Shown here piece after piece: positions 57,714 through 64,000 of a stretch of DNA of 64,000 nt. A program made the position numbers and the translations under genes. The stretch is from contig CAZAVK010000002.1 of the NCBI GenBank assembly GCA_964488645.1, positions 64,830 through 128,829 on the forward strand. The letters run 5' to 3'. Under the pieces are notes generated by a model. It did no database searches. It was not told the DNA's origin and saw only the letters and a list, made by a program, of their open reading frames with translations. Numbering within the stretch: position 1 is the stretch's first letter; each line of letters begins with the position of its first letter. Source of the DNA: an uncultured Rikenella sp. Lineage in GTDB: Bacteria > Bacteroidota > Bacteroidia > Bacteroidales > VadinHA17.

Positions 57714-58424
57714 ATGTCCATTGTTGTCAGTAACGTTACCAAGCACTACGGTGCCCAGAAGGCTCTTGATGATGTCTCATTCACCATCCCTGACGGGGAG
57801 ATCGTAGGCTTCATCGGTCCGAACGGAGCCGGCAAGTCAACGATGATGAAGATCATCACCGGCTTCTTCCCGGCTGATGCCGGCCAGGTGACCGTCTGTG
57901 GCCTGCCTGCCGGGCCGGCTGCCAGGGAGGTGAAGCGCCTTATCGGCTACCTGCCCGAGAACAACCCGCTCTACCCTGACATGTATGTAAGGGAATACCT
58001 CGGCTATGTTGCAGGCATCTACTCCCCGGGCAGGAGAACCCGTGAGCTGGTTGACTCGGTCATCGAGCGCACCGGGCTCATCCCCGAGCAGGGCAAGAAG
58101 ATAGGGGCCCTGTCAAAGGGATACCGTCAGCGGGTGGGACTGGCACAGGCACTGATCAATGACCCGAAGGTGCTCATACTCGACGAGGCCACCACCGGGC
58201 TTGACCCTAACCAGATCGTTGAGATACGCAACCTGATCTCCGAGACCGGCCGCTCACGCACCGTGATGCTCTCTACCCATATCATGCAGGAGGTGGAGGC
58301 CATATGCAGGCGGGTAATCATCATTGACCACGGCCGCATCGTGGCCGACGGCCCCATCGACCAGATCTCCTCGCTGGCAGGCGCACGCCTCGAGGAGACA
58401 TTCCGGCAGCTGACCGGGAAATAG
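57714..58424 (+). CDS. ABC transporter ATP-binding protein, GldA-like (ABC-2 type)
   Basis: Walker A GPNGAGKST, LSKGYRQRVGLA, Walker B LILDEATTGLD. It is close to my recollection of the F. johnsoniae GldA sequence but shorter (236 aa). There is no adjacent permease. Confidence 0.7.
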   Translation: MSIVVSNVTKHYGAQKALDDVSFTIPDGEIVGFIGPNGAGKSTMMKIITGFFPADAGQVTVCGLPAGPAAREVKRLIGYLPENNPLYPDMYVREYLGYVAGIYSPGRRTRELVDSVIERTGLIPEQGKKIGALSKGYRQRVGLAQALINDPKVLILDEATTGLDPNQIVEIRNLISETGRSRTVMLSTHIMQEVEAICRRVIIIDHGRIVADGPIDQISSLAGARLEETFRQLTGK

Positions 58425-58852
58425 CAATCATCACCTATCCTCTGCCGGCAACCCGGGCAACGCCATTGCAGAGAGAAACCAGCCCGGGGTGGCCGGGTTG
58501 ACCTGACACAATCCATGTTGTCCGGGCTGAAACCCCCGGACAGACTGTCACCACCCATGCTGCATGGGCTGAAAAGATCTGAGATTTCCTCCCTCTTACA
58601 TAGGTTAGACTCATCATGCATATCGTATTATACATAATGTATGATACAATTTGCACTATAATTCTTGTCTTTACCGTACAAATCAATCTGACTTATGGCG
58701 CATACGGAGAAGTTTGCCGAACGGCAGCGGACGCTACTTCTCGGTCTATGACCTCTTCCTCTCACGATGGCTCGAGAGGCAGTAAACGGCAGAACAGTGC
58801 GTGCTGCCACTTAAATATCCGGACAGATGGTTTCACTTTATCAGGAAATCGT

Positions 58853-58860
58853 TATATTTG
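58853..58860 (+). promoter_or_regulatory. Candidate -7 promoter box (TAnnTTTG) giving a metK leader of about 120 nt
   Basis: TATATTTG lies 126 nt upstream of the metK ATG at 58987. Confidence 0.35.
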
Positions 58861-58986
58861 TGCCACTATTTGACAGGTGGACAGATTTGCGCTGATTGCA
58901 ACCACAGGAAAAAATGCTAAAACGGCTTCCAACCGCTGCTTTACAACAATCCGTCCCTGCCATTGTTAAACTTAAAAAATTAACAA

Positions 58987-60246
58987 ATGAGCTATCTCTT
59001 TACATCCGAATCAGTATCGGAGGGGCATCCTGACAAGGTTGCCGACAGGATCTCCGATGCCCTTCTTGACAACTTCCTTGCATGGGACCCCGACTCAAAG
59101 GTGGCATGCGAGACGCTGGTAACCACCGGGCAGGTAGTGGTGGCCGGTGAGGTCAGGACGAAGACCTACCTTGACATACAGTCCATCATCCGCGAGGTGA
59201 TCAACAAGATCGGCTATACCAGGGCCGAGTATATGTTTGACGGCAACTCATGCGGCATCTTCTCTGCCATCCATGAGCAGTCGCCCGATATCGCCATGGG
59301 TGTCGAGCGCGCCAACCGCGAGGAGCAGGGTGCCGGTGACCAGGGGATGATGTTCGGCTATGCCGTTGACGAGTCAAAGAACTACCTCCCCCTCACCCTC
59401 GATATTGCTCATGAGATCGTTTACCAGCTTGCAGAAATACGGCGCGAAGGGAAGGTGATGAAGTACCTCAGGCCCGACTCCAAGTCGCAGGTGACTGTTG
59501 AGTACAACAACGACGGCACACCGCTGAAGGTACATACCATCGTTGTCTCAACCCAGCATGACGATTTTGACAGTGACGAGAAGAAGATGCTAGAGACCAT
59601 CCGGAGGGATGTCATTGAGATCCTGATACCCCGGGTGAAGGCCCGGTTCAGCAAAGAGGAGCAGAAGCTCTTCGGTGATGACATCATCTATCACGTCAAC
59701 CCCACCGGCAAGTTTGTGATAGGGGGTCCTCATGGCGACAGCGGTCTGACAGGCCGCAAGATCATCGTCGACACCTATGGCGGCCGGGGTGCCCATGGCG
59801 GCGGCGCCTTCTCAGGCAAGGACCCCTCGAAGGTTGACCGCTCGGCAGCCTACGCCGCACGACACATAGCCAAGAACATGGTGGCGGCAGGCGTGGCACG
59901 CGAGATGCTGCTGCAGATTTCGTACGCCATTGGCGTTGCCCGGCCCGTGGGAATATTCGTCAACACCTTCGGCACATCAAGGGTGAAGCAGAGCGATGGT
60001 GAGATTGCGAAGATCATCAGCGAGATGTTCGACCTCCGGCCGGCATCCATAGAGAAGGAGTACGGCCTGCGGAAGCCGATCTATGAGGAAACCGCCGCCT
60101 ACGGACACATGGGACGCGATCCCCGCACCGTCGAGAAGAGGTACAGATCATTCAACGGTCTGCCCGACAAAACGATGAAGGTTGATCTCTTCAAGTGGGA
60201 AGAGCTCAACAAGGTTGACGAGATCAGGAAGAGGTTCGGTATCTGA
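58987..60246 (+). CDS. metK: S-adenosylmethionine synthase
   Basis: [43 protein letters not shown]. Confidence 0.96.
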   Translation: MSYLFTSESVSEGHPDKVADRISDALLDNFLAWDPDSKVACETLVTTGQVVVAGEVRTKTYLDIQSIIREVINKIGYTRAEYMFDGNSCGIFSAIHEQSPDIAMGVERANREEQGAGDQGMMFGYAVDESKNYLPLTLDIAHEIVYQLAEIRREGKVMKYLRPDSKSQVTVEYNNDGTPLKVHTIVVSTQHDDFDSDEKKMLETIRRDVIEILIPRVKARFSKEEQKLFGDDIIYHVNPTGKFVIGGPHGDSGLTGRKIIVDTYGGRGAHGGGAFSGKDPSKVDRSAAYAARHIAKNMVAAGVAREMLLQISYAIGVARPVGIFVNTFGTSRVKQSDGEIAKIISEMFDLRPASIEKEYGLRKPIYEETAAYGHMGRDPRTVEKRYRSFNGLPDKTMKVDLFKWEELNKVDEIRKRFGI

Positions 60247-60296
60247 ATATAGTCCGGGGCCATAACCACCCGGTATACAAATAACCGGTCACCACA

Positions 60297-60412
60297 GCCG
60301 GCAGATCTTCTGTTGCACCTGGAAACCATTCCACGGCATCCTGAAAATGCTGCCGGCAGATCCCCTGTTGCACCTGGAAACCATTCCACGGCATCCTGAA
60401 AATGCTGCCGGC
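60297..60412. repeat. Tandem repeat, 55-bp period, about 2.1 copies
   Basis: gccggcagatc(tt/cc)ctgttgcacctggaaaccattccacggcatcctgaaaatgct occurs at 60297 and 60352, and a third copy starts at 60407. Confidence 0.88.
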
Positions 60413-60515
60413 CAGCGCGGGGAAATAGGCTCCCGTCCCAGAGACCTTCTTTCCTGTATTATTACTCAGAGAATGTAATCGGTTGCCTGTGGGGGCCAGC
60501 AGTGTCCTGTGGCCG

Positions 60516-61469
60516 CTAATATGAATCCTTCACTATGCGGGCCACATTGTCGCCCCTGCCGAGGGTATAATAGTGTATCCCCGGCACGCCGTTGCTGAGC
60601 AGGTCGCGGCTCTGCATCGTCGCCCACACAATGCCCGCCTCACGCGCCTCCTCATCGGTGCGGCACTTCATGAGCATCTCCACGAGCTCTTCCGGCAGGT
60701 CTATGTGGAATGTCTGCGGCAGCAGGCTGATATCGGTGGCGGCGGAGACAGGCTTGATACCCGGTATCAGCGGCACGGTGATTCCCATGGCCCTGACTGC
60801 CTCGCGGAACTCGTAGAACTTCCGGTTATCGAAGAACATCTGTGTTACGATATAGTCAGCGCCGGCATCCACCTTGCGCTTCAGGTTGGCCAGGTCACTG
60901 GTCATGTTGGGTGCCTCGAAGTGCTTCTCTGGATATCCGGCCACCCCAATGCAGAAAGATGTGGAGGAGCTGTTCTTCAGGTCAGGGTCGAGGTAACGGC
61001 CGTTGTTCATCGCCACTATCTGTGCGACCAGTTCACTGGTATTGCTGTGTCCGCCCGGGCTCGGAATGAATGTCCGGCTTCCGCGGGTAGGGTCGCCGCG
61101 CAGGGCAAGCACATCATTGATTCCCAGGAAACTCATCTCTATCAGGGCATTCTCGGTCTCCTCCCTGGTGAATCCGCCGCAGAGGATATGCGGCACCACA
61201 ACCACATCGTACTTGTACTTCACCGCTGCAGCAAGGGCGATGGTACCGGGCCGCTTCCGGGTCACCCGCCTCTCGAGGAGACCGTCACTCCGGCTGACCA
61301 GCACCTCCTCATTGCGGTGCGAGGTAAAGTTGATATAGGCCGGCTCATAAGGCAGCAGCAGCTCAATCGTATTGTAGATCCTCTCAAGGCTGTGCCCCTT
61401 CAGCGGGGGCAGCAGCTCGAAGGTGAAGAGCGGCCGTTTTGCCTCTCTGATGAGTTCAATTACTCTCAT
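60516..61469 (-). CDS. metF: Methylenetetrahydrofolate reductase
   Basis: FTFELLPPLKG, an MTHFR TIM-barrel-like sequence, and position directly downstream of metH. Confidence 0.88.
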   Translation of the reverse strand: MRVIELIREAKRPLFTFELLPPLKGHSLERIYNTIELLLPYEPAYINFTSHRNEEVLVSRSDGLLERRVTRKRPGTIALAAAVKYKYDVVVVPHILCGGFTREETENALIEMSFLGINDVLALRGDPTRGSRTFIPSPGGHSNTSELVAQIVAMNNGRYLDPDLKNSSSTSFCIGVAGYPEKHFEAPNMTSDLANLKRKVDAGADYIVTQMFFDNRKFYEFREAVRAMGITVPLIPGIKPVSAATDISLLPQTFHIDLPEELVEMLMKCRTDEEAREAGIVWATMQSRDLLSNGVPGIHYYTLGRGDNVARIVKDSY

Positions 61470-61502
61470 TCCTTTCCTTTTCCTGGTGGTACAGGTACAA
61501 AG

Positions 61503-64000
61503 TTACAAATTCGTGGCGAGCCACCTGGCAGCCTCTGCAGCAGTAATGCCGCACCGTGCTGCATAATCCTCCAGCTGGTCGCTCTCCACCCTGCCCACAT
61601 TGAAGTACTCCGACTCGGGTGATGCAAAGATGTAGCCGGAGACCGATGAGGCAGGCACCATCATGTAGCTGCTGGTCAGGATGGCACCAATCTGGTTATC
61701 AGCATCCAGCAGCTCAAAGATCACCTTCTTGCCAGAGTGGTCAGGGCATGCAGGATATCCCGGCGCCGGCCGGATTCCCTGGTAGCGTATCCTGAACATA
61801 TCCTCGGCGGTGAGATCCTCATCGGGTGCATAGCCCCACTGCCGCATGCGTATCTCTCGGTGGAGCCACTCAGCGGCAGCCTCCGCAAAGCGATCAGCCA
61901 GAATCTTCAGCATAATCATCCGGTAGTCGTCACCTGCAATATCCTCAGGCAGCTGCTCCGTGGTATGTACCGTCACCGCAAAGACACCTGCATGGTCATC
62001 CTTTTCTGCCACGAAGTCGGCTAGGCAGAGGTTGAGCTTCCCGGCAGCCCTCTCCTCCTGGTTCCTGAGGAAGCGGAGCCAGGTTATATCGCTGACAGGA
62101 GCTTCCCCGCTGCCGCCGGAGTCAGCATCGCTACTGCTGCCGAAATCAGTTTCGCCGCTGCCGGAATCAGCCTTTCCGCTGCCGGAATCAGCTTTCCCGC
62201 TGCCGTCGGAGTCAGTTTCGATACTGCCGGAATCAGCTTCGCCACTGCCTGAATCAGTTTTTCCGCTGCCCCCGGTTATCAGCTTCACATCATCGCCATG
62301 CCTCTCTGCCGGGTAGATGGCTGACACCGCCCTCGCCACCATCAACTCCTCATCGATGATCCTGCCGATCATTTCCACCGCATCGTCATACAGTTTCTTC
62401 GCCTCCACACCCTTCACCGGGTCACTGAGTATCTCCGGGAATTTACCTCCTATCTTCCACGCTATGAAGAAGAATGACCAGTCGAAGTAGTCAACCAGCA
62501 TCCTGAGGCTCACCTTACCGGGATTCACCAGCCCCTTCACCCGTGGCGGCGGCATGGGGGTCACACTCTTCAATCCGTTGGCACGCGCCGCCTCCAGCGA
62601 TATCATCCTCTTCTCGCGCCGCAGTGCCTCATGGCTGGCGCGTGCCGCAGCATACTTCTCCCTGACCGAGCTCCTGAAGGCTTTATCACCGGCCATCAGT
62701 GCCGAGACCACCGGTATTGCCCGCGAGGCATCCTTCACATGAATGGTGTCGATCGAGTAGGCCGGCGCTATCCTCACCGCAGTATGTATCTCCGAGGTGG
62801 TAGCCCCTCCAATCAGCAGCGGTATCTTCATCCCACGCTCTTCCATGAGTGAGGCGATATGTTCCATCTCCTCCAGGGAGGGGGTGATCAGTCCTGACAC
62901 CCCTATTATATCTGCCTGCTCCTCCATGGCGGTATCGAGCAGCTTCTCTGCCGGCACCATCACCCCCAGGTCGGTCACCTCGTAGTTGTTGCACGAGAGG
63001 ATTACCCCTACGATGTTCTTCCCTATGTCATGCACGTCGCCCTTCACCGTTGCCAGCAGCACCTTCCCTGCCGATGTGGTCTCGCCGCCCTTCATCTCGG
63101 CCTCGATATAGGGTGTCAGCCGTGCCACTGCCCGCTTCATCACCCTGGCGCTCTTGACCACCTGTGGGAGGAACATGCGTCCTGACCCGAAGAGGTCTCC
63201 CACCTCGTTCATGCCATCCATCAGGGGGCCCTCGATTATGTGCAGCGCCCTCTCATATAGCGGTCTCGCCTCCTCAACATCCTCCTCGATATAGGCATCG
63301 ATGCCGTTCACCAGTGCGTACCTGATACGGCTCACCACATCACCCTCCCGCCAGGCCAGTTGCTTCGTCCCCTCCTCCTGCTTCGTCCCCTTCAGTCCCG
63401 AGGCATGCTGCAGCAGCCGGTCAGTGGCATCGCTCCGCCGGTTCAGCACAACATCCTCGGTCAGCTCCAGCAGCTCCGGCTCGATGGAGGTGTAGACCCT
63501 GAGCAGGCCGGGATTGACGATTCCCATATCCATCCCCGCCCTGATGGCGTGGTAGAGGAAGACGGCGTGCATCGCCTCCCTGACCGGGTCATTGCCGCGG
63601 AAGGCGAACGAGAGGTTGCTCACCCCGCCGCTCACCTTCGCCCCCGGAAGGTTCTGTTTGATATACTCGGTGCTCCTGATGAAGTCGACCGCATAGTTGT
63701 TGTGCTCCTCTATCCCGGTGGCTATCGCCAGCACATTGGGGTCAATGATGATATCTTCCGGGGCGAATCCTGCCTTCTCCGTCAGCAGGCGGTATGACCT
63801 CTCTGCCACCTCCTTGCGTCGCTCGAGCGTATCGGCCTGTCCCTTCTCGTCGAAGAGCATCACCACCGCCGCTGCGCCGTACCGCTTCACCAGGCGCGCC
63901 TTCCCCAGGAAATCCTCCTCACCCTCCTTCAGACTGATGGAGTTGACCACCGGCTTGCCCTGTATGCACTGCAGCCCGGCCTCGAGCACCTCCCACTTTG
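61503..64000 (-). CDS. metH: Cobalamin-dependent methionine synthase (N-terminus outside window)
   Basis: Pterin-binding region, B12-binding [10 protein letters not shown] / SGLITPSL / GGATTS, and activation domain [12 protein letters not shown]. The frame is open to the window end. Confidence 0.93.
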   Translation of the reverse strand, partial: KWEVLEAGLQCIQGKPVVNSISLKEGEEDFLGKARLVKRYGAAAVVMLFDEKGQADTLERRKEVAERSYRLLTEKAGFAPEDIIIDPNVLAIATGIEEHNNYAVDFIRSTEYIKQNLPGAKVSGGVSNLSFAFRGNDPVREAMHAVFLYHAIRAGMDMGIVNPGLLRVYTSIEPELLELTEDVVLNRRSDATDRLLQHASGLKGTKQEEGTKQLAWREGDVVSRIRYALVNGIDAYIEEDVEEARPLYERALHIIEGPLMDGMNEVGDLFGSGRMFLPQVVKSARVMKRAVARLTPYIEAEMKGGETTSAGKVLLATVKGDVHDIGKNIVGVILSCNNYEVTDLGVMVPAEKLLDTAMEEQADIIGVSGLITPSLEEMEHIASLMEERGMKIPLLIGGATTSEIHTAVRIAPAYSIDTIHVKDASRAIPVVSALMAGDKAFRSSVREKYAAARASHEALRREKRMISLEAARANGLKSVTPMPPPRVKGLVNPGKVSLRMLVDYFDWSFFFIAWKIGGKFPEILSDPVKGVEAKKLYDDAVEMIGRIIDEELMVARAVSAIYPAERHGDDVKLITGGSGKTDSGSGEADSGSIETDSDGSGKADSGSGKADSGSGETDFGSSSDADSGGSGEAPVSDITWLRFLRNQEERAAGKLNLCLADFVAEKDDHAGVFAVTVHTTEQLPEDIAGDDYRMIMLKILADRFAEAAAEWLHREIRMRQWGYAPDEDLTAEDMFRIRYQGIRPAPGYPACPDHSGKKVIFELLDADNQIGAILTSSYMMVPASSVSGYIFASPESEYFNVGRVESDQLEDYAARCGITAAEAARWLATNL
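62098..62278. repeat. In-frame 21-bp (7-codon) tandem repeat inside metH encoding a D/S/G-rich segment
   Basis: The plus strand reads ...cgctgccggaatcagcctttc / cgctgccggaatcagctttcc / cgctgccgtcggagtcagtttc... It translates on the minus strand to [58 protein letters not shown]. Confidence 0.85.

Noticed and set aside
57714-58424. GldA-like ATPase as a truncated pseudogene. It is about 60 aa shorter than my recollection of the F. johnsoniae GldA.
   Set aside because: All ABC motifs are intact, and the protein ends with a normal LEETFRQLT-type C-terminal helix. Many ABC-2 ATPases have this length. The downstream DNA shows no remnant of the missing domain in any frame.
58430-58610. Possible RNase P, SRP or tmRNA gene, because of GTCCGGGC and several GC hairpins.
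   Set aside because: The conserved cores I looked for (GAGGAAAGUCCGGGC for RNase P, GGAAGCAGCC for SRP, a tRNA-like CCA end and tag ORF for tmRNA) are absent on both strands.
58861-58986. SAM-I or SAM-II/V riboswitch in the metK leader.
   Set aside because: I could not find the GAGGGA / GGCCC / GAUGA kink-turn core or a GGCAACC...GGUGCC P3 stem for SAM-I. I also could not build the H-type pseudoknot (loop GCUU pairing with the AAAGCU tail) for SAM-II/V. It is kept only as an unassigned long leader in the findings.
498-60412. Shared GCTGCC(GG) core in almost all tandem arrays, intergenic and coding, as a possible slippage or recombination hotspot motif.
   Set aside because: The motif is common throughout this GC-rich coding sequence (Ala-Ala and Leu-Pro codon pairs). 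Without genome-wide statistics the co-occurrence is not meaningful.

Overview
Gene-dense 64-kb chromosomal segment with about 50 CDS. I recognised no rRNA, tRNA, CRISPR array, transposase or integrase. It is almost certainly from a Bacteroidota bacterium: it carries the type IX secretion/gliding core porP-gldK-gldL-gldM-gldN and a gldA-like ABC ATPase, many genes are preceded by TAnnTTTG -7 promoter boxes, and start codons lack Shine-Dalgarno sequences. GC looks mid/high-50s by eye. Most genes are housekeeping: metG, trpS, asnS, topA, radA, rpoN, PBP1A, panCD, rbfA, metK, metF and a partial metH. There is also a contiguous Wbp-type nucleotide-sugar block with galE and rfbB, Mla-like and Lol/FtsX-like ABC components, one TonB-dependent receptor, and several conserved proteins of unknown function. 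All family names come from reading the translations and from memory; no searches were run. I found no convincing new multi-gene system. The best leads are: (1) unrelated tandem repeats (periods 64, 57, 36, 55 bp) found only in convergent 3'-3' gene junctions, one of which re-copies a stop codon and one of which is an open 19-codon repeat; (2) an arginase-fold protein between topA and the T9SS operon that has lost 3 of 6 metal ligands; (3) a two-gene uncharacterised envelope module of 951 aa and 488 aa (from the preferred internal ATG starts); (4) a TonB-dependent receptor gene with clearly lower GC3 than its neighbours; (5) repeat-encoded low-complexity inserts inside conserved enzymes (MetH, a GT-B glycosyltransferase, a hydrolase, a PAP2 protein); (6) a 562-bp non-coding region with a 126-nt metK leader that I could not assign to any riboswitch class.
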